Assembly: GCF_009914755.1 (NCBI RefSeq)
Contig: NC_060947.1
Strand: one strand, 5' to 3'
DNA length: 64,000 nucleotides
DNA from: the human T2T-CHM13v2.0 reference genome, Homo sapiens
Part shown: positions 1 to 11,350 of the stretch, in pieces
Numbering within the stretch: the first letter of the stretch is position 1
Layout: each line of letters begins with the position of its first letter
Made by a program: the position numbers and the translations under genes
The notes under the pieces: model-generated
The model's database searches: none
What the model saw: only the letters and a program-made list of their open reading frames with translations
What the model was told of the DNA's origin: nothing

Positions 1-1282
1 CCCTGTTTAGTAAGTGGTGCTGGGAGAACTGGCTAGCCATATGAAGAAAATTGAAACTGGACCCCTTCCTTACACTATATATAAACATCAACTGAGGATG
101 AATTAAAGACTTAAATGTAAAACTTTAACTATAAAACCCCTAGAAGAAAATCTAGGCAATACCATTCAATACAAGCAAAGATTTCATGATGAAAATGCCA
201 AAGCAATTGCAACAAAAGCAAAAAATGACACATGGGACCTAATTAAACTAAAGAGCTTCCGCACAGCAAAAGAAACTATCAGCGGAGTAAACAGACAGCC
301 TACAGAATGGGAGAAAATATTTGCAATCTATGCATCTGACAAATGCCTAATATCCAGCATCTGTAAGGAACTTAAACAAATTTACAAAAAAAAAACTCCA
401 TTAAAAAGTGGGCAAAGGACATGAACAGCCACTTCTCAAAAGAAGACATATATGTGGCCAAAAACATATGAACAAAAGCTCAACATCACTGATCATTAGA
501 GGAATACAAATCAAAACCATAGTGAGATACCATCTCATGCCAGTCAGAATGGCTATTATTAAAACGTCAAAAATAACAGATGCTGGCAAGGTTGTGGAGA
601 AAAACAAACACTTTTACACTGTTGGTAGGAGTGTAAATTAGCTCAACCATTATGGAAAACAGTGTGGCGATTCCTCAAAGACCTAAGGACAGAAATACCA
701 TTCTGCCCAGCAATCCCATTACTGGGGATGTACCCAAACCACTGTATATATTCGTTATATATGTGAAGCAATATAAATCGTTCTACTATAAAGACACATG
801 CATGCATATGTCCATTGTAGCACTATTCACAATAGCAAAGACATGGAATCAACCTAAATGCTCCTCAACCATAGACTGGATAAAGAAAATGTGGTACATA
901 TACACTATGGAATACTATGCAGCCATAAAAAGAACGAGATCATGTCCTTTGCAGGGACATGGATGGAGCTGGGGGCCGTTGTGCTTAGCAAACTAATGCA
1001 GGAACAGAAAACCAAGTACCACGTGTTCTCACTTATCAGTGGGAGCTAAATGATGAGAACACATGGACACATGGGGGGAAGAATACACACTGGGGCCTGT
1101 CAGAGGGTGGGGAGTGGGAGGAGAGAGAGGATCAGATAGAATAATTAGTGATGCTGGGCTTCATACCTGGGTGATGGGATGATCTGTGCAGCAAACCACC
1201 GTGGCACACGTTTACCTATGTAACAAACCTGTACATCCTGCACATGTACCCCTGAACTTATAAGTTGGAAATAAAAAAAAAA
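1..1282 (+). mobile_element. LINE-1 3' end (ORF2 C-terminus + 3'UTR + short polyA), older primate L1PA13-16-like; continues off the left edge
   Basis: ORF2 C-terminal remnants ([33 protein letters not shown]), 3'UTR gggtgatgggatgatctgtgcagcaaaccacc...cacatgtacccctgaactta, A-tail at ~1270-1282. Confidence 0.92.
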
Positions 1283-1959
1283 GTGAGTGCATGAAGTTAG
1301 AAAAGGACGCAGGAGAAAATTTTTCATGTGGTGATCTTTAGAACCTAAGCTTTAAGTTTGTTAAACCTTCATGTTTCTCATGAGTAAAATATGGTAATGA
1401 GCTTAGTACGATACTGTTGATTACAAAGTATTGAGGGGTACATATCACATTTTCAGAAAGTATTTACCTTCACAGTCTGGAGTTATAAGGTATTTGTATG
1501 CTTCTTTGACAAATACCTGCAAATGTAAATATGCAGAAGGTTAATTGAGTTTTTGAATGCCATTTCTACTGAACAGGAGAGTTTCAGGTATAAATGTCTT
1601 TGCTATATGTAAACTAATATTACATGCTCTTTCAGCTTCTCTTTTTCATACCCAATAAAGCTTTTAGTAAATAAAAATGATGCAGATAGAGAAAATGCTT
1701 CTTGAGGTGTATTTTAATAGGAAAAGTTTCTGACCTGTCAGTCAGTTTTTAAAATTCCAGAGAAGTGTCTGCCATGGCTTTTTTTTTAGACACAAACTAA
1801 CAAAAATGTCACACTTATGCTGTGACCACAGCTACTATTGTCCCCACAGAGCTAGGGACCAAAAAATCTTCCAGTTCTAATAACATATTTGAATGCTAGG
1901 ATAAACCAATTGAAAAATAGATTAGAGCCACGAAGAACATTAGAGATCATGTAATATTT

Positions 1960-2275
1960 AGCTCACAAATTTAGTTTGTTTGACAGTGTTTTAACAATTA
2001 AAATTAGTTTCCCCTATTTTTTAAAGGAAATAATTTCAAATAAAAGGTTGAACTTTTCTTGAAAACCAGATGCTCTGGCAATCCTGGGCCTGCATTCTCA
2101 CATGGTAACAATGGGCTGGAACTGAGAAGTGTTCTTCAGGTCATCACTCACTCTTGTCCCTCTGACACTAAAATGCTTGTTTCATTTCCATGAATCATTA
2201 CACTTACAGTTATGTTTCACGTAGCAGCCCATTTCATTTATTAATGTTACCTGCCTGGACCCTCACATCTGATTC
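1960..2275. mobile_element. Old hAT-Charlie DNA transposon fragment (MER102-like)
   Basis: ctggcaatcctgggcctgcattctcacatggtaacaatgggctggaactgag and cccatttcatttattaatgttacctgcctggaccc resemble MER102 as remembered; diverged. Confidence 0.45.
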
Positions 2276-2298
2276 AATTCTCACCCCACTCCCCCTCC

Positions 2299-2762
2299 AT
2301 ATTAGCTTTCTAATGCTGCTGTAACAAATTACTACAAATTTAGTGGCTTAAAACAACAAAAATTTGTAATCTCACACTCCTGGAGGCTAGAAGTCCAAAA
2401 TCAAGGTTTTGGGAGGTTTGGTTCCCTTTGTGGGTTCTGAAGGAGAATCTGTTCATGCCTCTCTGGTGGCTGCTGGCAAACCTTGCTATTCTTTGGCTTG
2501 TGGACCCATCACTCCAACCTCTGCCTTAATCTTCATATCACTTTCTCATCTGTATCTGTGTGTCTCAAATCCTCTTCTGCCTATTTCTTATAAGGACACC
2601 TGTCTTTGGATTTGGGGCCCACCCTAAATCCAGGATGATCTAACATTGAGATCATTAACTAATTTTATCTGTAAAGGCCCTTTTTCCAAACAAGGCCGCA
2701 TTCACAGGTTCCAAGTTAGGACATGAACTTATCTTTTTGAGACCACTATTTAACTCACTACA
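2299..2762 (-). mobile_element. MaLR solo LTR (MLT1C/MLT1D-like)
   Basis: attagctttctaatgctgctgtaacaaattactacaaatttagtggcttaaaacaac...tggaggctagaagtccaaaatcaaggt, typical reverse-strand MLT1. Confidence 0.8.
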
Positions 2763-2895
2763 ACTCCATTTTAAAGATAAGAAAACTGAATCCAAGACAG
2801 GTTTAGTTACTCCTCCAAAATCATACAACTAGTTTGTGATAGAATTGATTCAAAAACATTAGTCCCCTAACTCCCAAATGAGTTTCCTTTCCACT
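2763..2895 (-). mobile_element. MIR SINE fragment
   Basis: ccattttaaagataagaaaactgaa, MIR core in reverse. Confidence 0.6.
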
Positions 2896-3142
2896 ATTTT
2901 ATGTTGCTCTTTTACTTCAGATCAGTTCATGTTCCACATAAAATATGGAATAAACATAAAGAATAATAAGTTTCCTCTAGCTCTATCACTTTGTAATTTT
3001 GTGCATTATTTTAGCTGATGGAAATCTTTAAAATGTGTGATCTCTTTAACAGTTTGTTATTCTCTATTAAAATATCAGAAATTAGTACATAAACCAGTTG
3101 CATGTTAATTTAAAGCTGTCTGAAGAAAAGATTTTGTTGTTG

Positions 3143-3292
3143 TTCAAATTCTGGCTCTGTTACTAAATTGCTGTGTTTTCCTGGGCAAGTCCCATCCTCT
3201 CTCTGGATTTCAATTTGCCCACTTGTAAAACAAAGGAGTTGGACCAAGATGAATTCTAAGGTCTCCCCCAGCACCAACTTTCTGGGATTCTG
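3143..3292 (+). mobile_element. MIR3-like SINE fragment
   Basis: ctgggcaagtc...cacttgtaaaacaaaggagttggaccaagatgaattctaaggtc...ttctgggattctg. Confidence 0.6.
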
Positions 3293-3410
3293 TTTTTGCA
3301 GAATTATTCTGAATGTGGTTAATCAGCCACTTTGAGGTACTATTGTCCAGCTAAGCTTTTAGGAATAGTAGTTTCCAGAAGAGAAAATCTATTTCACCAC
3401 CACCTCTATT

Positions 3411-4610
3411 TTGAGTTGATTTTTGTATATGGTATAAGAAAGGGGTCCAGTTTCAATCTACTGCATATGGCTAGGCAGTTATCCCAGCACCATTTATTGA
3501 ATAGGGAGTCTTTCCCCCATTGCTTTTGTCGACTTTGTTGAAGATCAGATGGTTGTAGGGGACGGCTTTATTTCTGGGCTATTTCTGTTCCGTTGGACTG
3601 TGCATCTATTTTTTTACCAGTACCAGTACCAATATTTTTGGTTACTGGAGACTTGCAGTATAGTTTGAAGTCAGGTAAGGTGATGCCTCTAGCTTTGTTC
3701 TTTTTGCTTAGGATTGTGTTGGCTATTCGAGCTCCTTTTTGGTTCCAAACGAATATTTAAATTATTTTTTCTAATTCTGTGAAGAATATCATTGGTAGTT
3801 TGATAGGAATAGCATCAAATCTGCAAATTACTTTGAGCAGTACGGCCATTTTAACAATATTGATTCTTCCTATCCATGAGCATGGAATGTTTTTCCATTT
3901 GTTTATGTCATCTCTGATTTCTTTGAGCAGTGTTTTGTAATTCTCATTGTAGAGATCTTTCACCTCCTTGGTTAGCTGTATTCCTAGGTAATTTATCTTT
4001 TTTGTGGCTATTGTGAGTGGGATTGCATTCTTGATTTTGTTCTCAGCTTGGATGCTGTTGATATATAGGAATGCTACCGATTTTTGTACCTTGATGTTGT
4101 ATCCTGAAACTTTGCCAAAGTTGTTTATCAGCTTAAGGAGCTTTTAGGCAGAGACTATGGGGTTTTCTAGGTATAAAATCATATTGTCTGCAAACAGAGA
4201 TAGTTTGACTTCCTCTCTTCCTATTTGGATGTCTTTTATTTCTTTCTCTTGCCTGATTGTTTTGGCCAGGACTTCCAGTGCTATGTTGAATAGGAGTGGA
4301 GAGAGAGAGGGCATCCTTGTCTTGTTCTGGTTTTCAAGGTGGGGTGCTTCCAGCTTTTGCCCAATCAGTATGATGTGGCTATGGGTTTGTCATACATGAC
4401 TTTTTATTATTTTGAAGTATGTTCCTTCAATGCCACATTTGCGGGGTGGGATTAACATGAAGGCTGTTGAATTTTATCAAAGGCCTTTTCTGCATCTATT
4501 GAGATGATCATGTGTTTTTGCTTTTAGTTCTGTTTATGTGATGAATCGCATTTATTGATTTGCATATGTTGAATCAAACTTGCATCGAAGGAATAAAGCC
4601 TACTTGATCA
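3411..4610 (-). mobile_element. Internal LINE-1 ORF2 (RT region) fragment, truncated at both ends, no 3'UTR or polyA, flanked by a 13-bp TSD
   Basis: ORF remnant [39 protein letters not shown]; direct repeat caccacctctatt at 3398-3410 and 4611-4623. Confidence 0.9.
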
Positions 4611-4676
4611 CACCACCTCTATTACGATGAGGGGATGAGGGTACTTTAAGTTTAGTTTCCAGCGGTGAGACTGGAT

Positions 4677-4735
4677 TTGTACGATGCCATCCATCTTCCT
4701 CCTCACCCCATCCCTTCTTTGCAGCCTTTCTCAAC

Positions 4736-4781
<46 letters not shown>

Positions 4782-4862
4782 ATGCACATACCCTTATCAT
4801 CTTTCTGTCCCAGTATATAGCCATTGAAAAAGAAGTCAACTGGCAGACCAAGATGTCAAACC
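4677..4862. repeat. Donor arm of an inverted duplication, containing an (AC)21 microsatellite; partner at 5660-5837
   Basis: Reverse complement of 5660-5837 with 6 mismatches outside the microsatellite. Confidence 0.95.
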
Positions 4863-5029
4863 CTGATTTTAAACACTTTAACACCATCCTGAAACCAAAA
4901 AATACCCGTTTTGACTATAAACAGGTAAAAGAGTAAAAATAAAAAATCCTACATTATATAAATGTTGTTCTGACAAACTGTTTTCACCCTGATTTCTCTT
5001 CATTGTGCTCTAATTTTTAAACCTTCTTG

Positions 5030-5101
5030 ACATTTGACTTTATAGGCTACAACTTTCCACTTTCCACATTTGACTTTATAGGCTACAACTTTCCACTTTC
5101 C
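5030..5101. repeat. Perfect 36-bp tandem duplication
   Basis: acatttgactttataggctacaactttccactttcc x2. Confidence 0.95.
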
Positions 5102-5266
5102 ACTTTCCACAGCGGTAATTATCATTTGTTCTGTGGCTAGTTCTGAAAAAGGAGCCAGGAAATTTGAGCTTCCAGCAAAATCTCCCTGAGTATAATTCAC
5201 TAGATAAACTGTACAAGTCTATTCTCTTTTAAATAAATTACTTGAGTTCTTACTTAAATGATGTAC

Positions 5267-5740
5267 TGTATTAGTTTGCCAGGGCTACCTTAAGAAAATA
5301 CCACAAACTGTGTGGCTTAAACAACAGAGATTTATTTTCTTGCAGCTCTAAAAGCTGGAAGTCTGAGATCAGACTTCCAGTCAGGTATCAGCAGGATTGA
5401 TTTCTTCTGAGGTCTCTCTCCTTGGCTTGCAGATGGCCACTGTCTTGCTGCCTCTTTACATGGTCTTTCCACTGCCTCTTTACATGGTCTTTCCTCTGTG
5501 AGCACGCATTTCTGATATCTCTCTGTAGATTCTAATCTCTCTTCTGATAAGGACACCACTCAGATTGGATTTAGGCCCACTCAGCCTCATGTTAACTTAA
5601 TTACCTCTTTAAATATCTTATCTCCAAATATAGCCACATTGTGAGGTACTGGGGGGACTGGTGTGACATCTTGGTCTGCCAGTTGGCTTCTTTTTCAATG
5701 GCTGTATACTGGGATAGAAAGATGATAAGGGTATGTGCAT

Positions 5741-5778
<38 letters not shown>

Positions 5779-5880
5779 GTTGAGAAAGGCTGCAAAGAAG
5801 GGATGGGGTGAGGAGGAAGATGGATGGTTTCGTACAACATACAAATTTGGGGAGAAGAGGACACAATTCAGCCCATAACA
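5267..5880 (-). mobile_element. MaLR solo LTR (MLT1A/MLT1A0-like) carrying three secondary insertions
   Basis: tgtattagtttgccagggct...cacaattcagcccataaca; 5-bp TSD tgtac at 5262-5266 and 5881-5885. Confidence 0.88.
5660..5837. repeat. Inverted copy of 4677-4862 containing (GT)17, inserted within the MLT1 LTR
   Basis: Direct sequence comparison; LTR sequence resumes on both sides (gaggtactggggggact | caacatacaaatttgggg). Confidence 0.95.
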
Positions 5881-5914
5881 TGTACCATATTATTTCACAC
5901 ATTATGAAATGTTA

Positions 5915-6100
5915 AACCTAGAAGTAATTTAGAGACTATTTAGTATAATCCTCTCATTTTGTAGGTTATAAAGACTGAGGTACAGGGAAGTTAAAAACAC
6001 TTACCTAAGGCAAGCCATATGGAATTAGTGGCAGAGGCAGGACTAGAAATCAGGTCTTCCAGCTCCAAGTTCCATGCCCTTTCCACCATACCATGCTGCT
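5915..6100 (-). mobile_element. MIR SINE
   Basis: ctcattttgtagg...actgaggtacagggaagtta...agtggcagaggcaggactagaaatcaggtctt. Confidence 0.7.
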
Positions 6101-7634
6101 ACTTTAGTCCATTTGACTTATTCATGCCTTTAACTTCTCTTCTTCTCACTCTTCCTCTTGATGATTTAGAATAAATTTGGCAAATATATTAAATTAGCTA
6201 TTTTTAAAACTATATTTACCTTAATTTTCCTGTACTTACTACCCTCCACAACTCAAATTTTGAAAAGAAAAATATTTAAGGAGTTTTCTACTTAATTTCC
6301 TATCACTTTTCTCTTTATACATATATTTTTCACTCTTGCTTTGAAATAACAGGATTTTTCTAAGGTAAATGAACTTTTGCTTGCCAGAATAGACAATGAA
6401 TTGAAATCAAAGAACCCTCAGCTTTTTGTCACCTTTTTGGGATCTGAGGTAGAGAAAAAAATTTGCACAAACCTATGCCTCTCCCCTTTCTTATTACCTG
6501 TCCTTCTCTTTCCCTACAGTAGGATTTTAAAGCTTCTAGAAACTTTGATATACACACTCCTCCTCCCTCCCCCACCAAAACAATAAATACCATCATTGAA
6601 CTGGTGCCATAAAAAGTGCCTGATTTTTCATTCTTTAGCCAGAGGTATTTAAGCTCAAACTTTGGAACCTGAAAGGAAAGAAAATTCTGAATATAAATGT
6701 ACCTTTCCTTTACTTGTAAATCTTCTCCATTCGCCTTTTAGAGTGAAATATCAAGAGAGAAAAGGGAGAAACTTTGAGTTATAAAGTGAGTGATATGAAT
6801 GTTTAAGACATTTATTAAAATTAGGTGTACTCTTCCATTTAATCCAGGGTTTTACTTTTACTTAAACTACTAAAGAAACTATTTCTTTTCAATAGTCAGC
6901 TAGTTACTTCAGTGGACCAGGGAACACTTTTTTCTCTCCTGTCTAAAGCTCCAGTTGTTTGCTTCTTGAGAGATAGATGTTTAATGACAAAAAGCCTTTC
7001 TTCAAATGAGTCCCTTGGGTAACATAGCCCCCATGCTGCCCCTCTCTTACCTTGCTGATTACTAAGGAATTCATCTGGATAAGTCACCCTCTATGGAGAC
7101 AAGAAAGGGGCAGGGATTCATCCCATCCTGCCTCTAGTGCAATGTGTCAGAGCTTGATCCTATTGCCTGCTTATTCAGTACAGACAGAAACACTGGGAAG
7201 CACTAAAATATAGATGTCTGTGCCATTAAGGTACAAAAGACTATTAAAATATGTCTGTCAAGCAGATCTGTATTGTATCACAGTCTTAATGATTTTGACT
7301 GTCCAGAAGATAGAAATATAGATTAAATTTGATTGACATGCTCTCAGACTGGACATGAATGTGTGGGTGAAAGTAAGTACAGGATCATATTATTTAATAA
7401 ACAATTTGGACAACATGAAATAATAAAAACAGTGATTTCTTTTTCAAATGGCATTCTCAGAGGGTCTAGAAATTTCTGATTTGGTGGAGGGGGGTTGGCT
7501 ATAGGACTCGATTCCTCCCCCTACCCAAGTAATTTCGACTGGAAGTTCCATATGTATTTTTATTGTGGTAAAAATGCATAAAGTTCCACTTTTTATGCTT
7601 TAAGATTTTAATTTCTGTTTTCTAGTTCATTTGA

Positions 7635-7942
7635 GGTTGGGCATGGTGGCTCACGCCTGTAATCCCAACACTTTGGGAGGCCGAAGCAGGTGGCTCATTT
7701 GAGGTCAGGAGTTTGAGACCAGCCCTGGCTAACATGGTGAAACCCCATCCCTGCTAAAAATACAAAAAAAAAAAAATTAGCTGGGTGTGGTGGCAGGCAC
7801 ATGTTGTCCCAGCTACTCAGGAGGCTGAGACACGAGAATCGCTTGAAACCCGGGAGGCGGAGGTTGCAGTGAGCCGAGATCACACCACTGCACTCCAGCC
7901 TGGGTGACAGAGCGAGACTCCGTCTAAATAGAAAAATCAATA
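7635..7942 (+). mobile_element. Alu (AluS-like), full dimer
   Basis: ggttgggcatggtggctcacgcctgtaatccc...gagcgagactccgtct; flanking repeat ttcatttga. Confidence 0.95.
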
Positions 7943-8974
7943 ATTCATTTGAATAGAAAGTTCATTGGTTTCTAAAAAATGTCCTAAAGTACTATGAGAG
8001 AAAATTTTTTCCTGATATCTGAATATGTTTATATAAAAAATCTTGGCTATATAAAATAAAAATAAGTGTTATGTATTGAAATTTTTTATTGAAAACCATA
8101 CAATTGGAACTGCCCTGGTTGTTGTACCTTTTGAACAAATTTCCTTCACATAGTGACAAATTGCTTTTGTCATCTTTTCCCTATCCTTGTTTTCAGCAGT
8201 CAGAATAGCAAGGTCCACTATGTTGTCTGATGTGCCTACAGCCAGGCTCTGATGGAGACAGAGTTCTCTTGCTTTTTTACTTCTTTGCAATTACCATGGC
8301 TTTCAGCAGACATTTGCACCCCTGTAACTTGGTGGGTGCTGCTTTTGCTATGATTTTTAAGTGTCATCTTCTATGAAGTATAGTACTGAAGAGGAGTTAT
8401 TGTATAGTGGGAATAAAACTGTTGAGCTCCACTGGATGGTTCTTTTAATGTGAGATCATACCATCCAGTAAGACTCAGAGGGATATATTGAAATCACACA
8501 TTTGAGAATCACTTCCATTCTTCTCCAGCACTATTGCTTATCATAAGGATTGAACTAGTTCTGTGAGAGACACAATGAGGTACATCTGGTGGGCTAGATT
8601 TGCTGTAATAGCCTCATCAAATGGTCCATGTTAATCACAGCAACTAGCAATTGCTTTACCATTGTTCAGGTTGTCATTTGCAATCTGATTATTTGGTAAT
8701 GAACTGCCCTTAGCCGACCTGCCAACCTCAGGTCTGTTTACGAAACCTGTGACATTATGAGAAATACAGTATTCCTAGTAGTATAATCCAAAAATCTAAA
8801 AAACCATGTTGCAAATGGGAGGGAGGTCATAATTCCTGTCTGAGTATTGGAAGTTGCAATTATTAACAGTTGTGTGTGTGTGTGTGTTTGTGTGCGTGTG
8901 TCACTAGATAATATGTATATACATATACTGTAATTATTACAATATATATACAGTGAATACATATATGTAATTTC

Positions 8975-9225
8975 TTAACTGTTCCTACCCACTCTATTCA
9001 TTAATTCCATACAATTATATATCACTTTACATTCTCCAAAATACTTCCGTATACATTCTTGTTTAATCCTTATACTAGCTCTGTTAGTAAAAATTGTTCT
9101 CTATTTTATAAAGAAAGTGAAGCTATGAAAGGTAATATATCTTGCAAGATTTCAGAGCTAGGAAATGGTTGAGTCCGAATTGTTTTTCTAAACTCCTAGC
9201 CTACTGCTTTTTTCTGTTACACCCC
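8975..9225 (-). mobile_element. MIR SINE (degraded)
   Basis: tttaatccttatact...ctattttataaagaaagtgaagct...gagctaggaaatgg. Confidence 0.5.
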
Positions 9226-9240
9226 AGCTATCTTTGTTAT

Positions 9241-9470
9241 AGAGGCAGTGTGTTATAATGGACCCAGACTGCCCGGATTTGAATCAGAGATCTTTTACTT
9301 CCTAGTGGTATGACCTTAGACAAATTATTAAACCTCTCTGTGCCAAAGTTTCCTCATCTGAAAAATGGGGTTAATAATAGTATCTACCTTTGTTGTGAGG
9401 ATTAAACGAGTTGATATAGAGATGGTGTTTGGAACAGTGACTTGAGTAGTTAGCATTATGTTAGTGTTTG
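9241..9470 (+). mobile_element. MIR (MIRb-like) SINE
   Basis: tgaccttagacaaatt...aacctctctgtgccaaagtttcctcatctgaaaaatggggttaataatag...gtgaggattaaacgag. Confidence 0.85.
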
Positions 9471-9519
9471 ATGCTATTATTACCTTTATTATTATCATTC
9501 TTGTCATAATCAGCATATT

Positions 9520-9900
9520 GCATAGCATGGTGGCTAAGATCTCTATTTTTTAAGATCTCAGTCACTGCATGCAAACAGTCTAGATTCAAATCCAAACTCT
9601 ACTACTGTGTGACCTTGGACAAATTACTTTGACTTTCTGTGCCTCAGTTTTATCATAAATATATATATCATATGTATGATATATATATATCAAACATTGG
9701 GCTAAGTATGTTATATGAATTAATTTAGTAGTCATAACAGCCATGTGTGACTAACACTTTATATATTTATGATATATATATTTTAATACATATTTTATCA
9801 TAAAAATATATATCATAAATATATAAAGTGTTAGTCACACATGGCTGTTATGACTACCAAATTAGTTAATTCATGTAACACACTTAGCCCAGTGTTTGAT
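9520..9900 (+). mobile_element. MIR SINE interrupted by an inverted copy of its own 3' part
   Basis: tgtgtgaccttggacaaattac...gtgcctcagttt, resuming as ...ggctgttatgact...tcatgtaacacacttagcccagtgt. Confidence 0.65.
9689..9900. repeat. Near-perfect palindrome (~95-bp arms, ~15-nt AT spacer)
   Basis: atcaaacattgggctaagtatgttatatgaattaa...tagtcataacagccatgtgtgactaacactttatatatttatgatatatat pairs with atatatatcataaatatataaagtgttagtcacacatggctgttatgacta...cacttagcccagtgtttgat. Confidence 0.95.
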
Positions 9901-11244
9901 GTTAGAACCCCCACTTGCCTTATTCCTAACATCTTGGCTGCAAACTCAGACCCATGAGGTGTCTGTATGGCAGTTGTATATTGTATATGACATATGTAAT
10001 TCATCAGTCCTCTATAGTCTAATCACACAAGCTAGTGGTTTGGTTGTCATGATAGTTCTTGGTAGGAATGTGTTTGTCATATAAAAGTTATTTTGGTATG
10101 GTGTGGTGAAATGAGTATTCACTGGAGATCTGGTTCTATTGCCGAGTGGCCTTACAAGTGAAATTCTGGAGCCTGGAGAAAAAAACTTTAGCAAGAGTAA
10201 GAAATGAATTCTCAGTCACCCTCTTTTCTCTCTCCCTACTAATGCTGTAATGCTATATTTTCCAGCCTATGGTGGGGTGGGTCTATAGTGGTAAGACAGT
10301 GTGGTATCATTATATTTAGGAAGAAAATTGTTTCAAGTTTGAAATTTTTTCCAATATTATATTAGAAGTCAACTGGAGAATGATATTTACTTAGTAGTTA
10401 TTTTAGAAATAACTTTTCTAGGCCCAATCTATTAAGAAATGAAGGAGATCATCCTACAGACAGATCACAGGCAAACCCTCATTTTAGGGAATGACTTTAT
10501 TCCAGAAGATAATTTCTAAGTTGATAGTTTGGCACTTGAATATTTTTCTATAGAAATTATGTTATTTTTCTGTAGCAATTAGGTTATTGTGTTATTATGC
10601 TGAAGTTTCCAGGTTAGCCTACAACCTGTGAAAGGATTGAAATACTGTGATAGAACTGAAATACCGTACTGTACTGAAATACTATTAACTAGCAATTAAA
10701 GCAAAATGTAATTGAATAAGAAATAGCACCTTGACACTAAAGCATGAGCATAGCAGAGTTAATTACAGGTTAAGAAGATAGATGGAGGCTTTGGGAGAGT
10801 CTTTCTGAAGAGCACTTCTAGGTACTTTCAATGGACATTAGAAGTTGATGGCACAGGTTTTATGTCTAACTTCAGAAAGGATGACTTTTCTTTTCCTTGA
10901 TACAGCTATCTCACAGTGCTCTTATAACTATCAGCCATTATTAGGGCTATTTGGGGTTCATAAATAGAACAAAGAGACCAAGAAAGGTAATTTTGAGGTA
11001 ACTGGGCAAGAAATAGCAGAAGAAAGAACATTTAAAGGGGTAATATGGATCCATGTGAGGTTATGTGATTGCTTAAGGTGGAATTGACCACAGTAAATGA
11101 TAAAAAGAAGAAAAGTGGGGAGCTCAGTTTGTGCGTAGGATCCCAGTGGAAAGAAAGACAGTGAGAAGCTTTCCAGGAAACCCCAGCACCTTTTTAACTT
11201 CAATTCACACATTCTTTCTGTACTGTTCCTTTTGTGTTCCCTTT

Positions 11245-11350
11245 CTCCCCTACTAGACTAGTTCTTGAAGGGCAGATATGGTTTCTTATTCATCCCTCTG
11301 CTTCCAACAATAACTAGCACATAGTAGGTGTTAACACACTGTATGTTGAA
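11245..11350 (+). mobile_element. L2 3' end fragment
   Basis: ctactagact...cttgaagggcaga...ctagcacatagtaggtg...tgttgaa. Confidence 0.6.

Noticed and set aside
1-4610. Oppositely oriented L1 pieces (1-1282 + and 3411-4610 -) as one twin-primed inversion
   Set aside because: They are 2 kb apart, overlap in consensus coordinates, and the second has its own TSD
8160-8330. Possible splice acceptor (tccttgttttcag) and exon
   Set aside because: No convincing coding signal or matched donor; cannot be supported without transcript data
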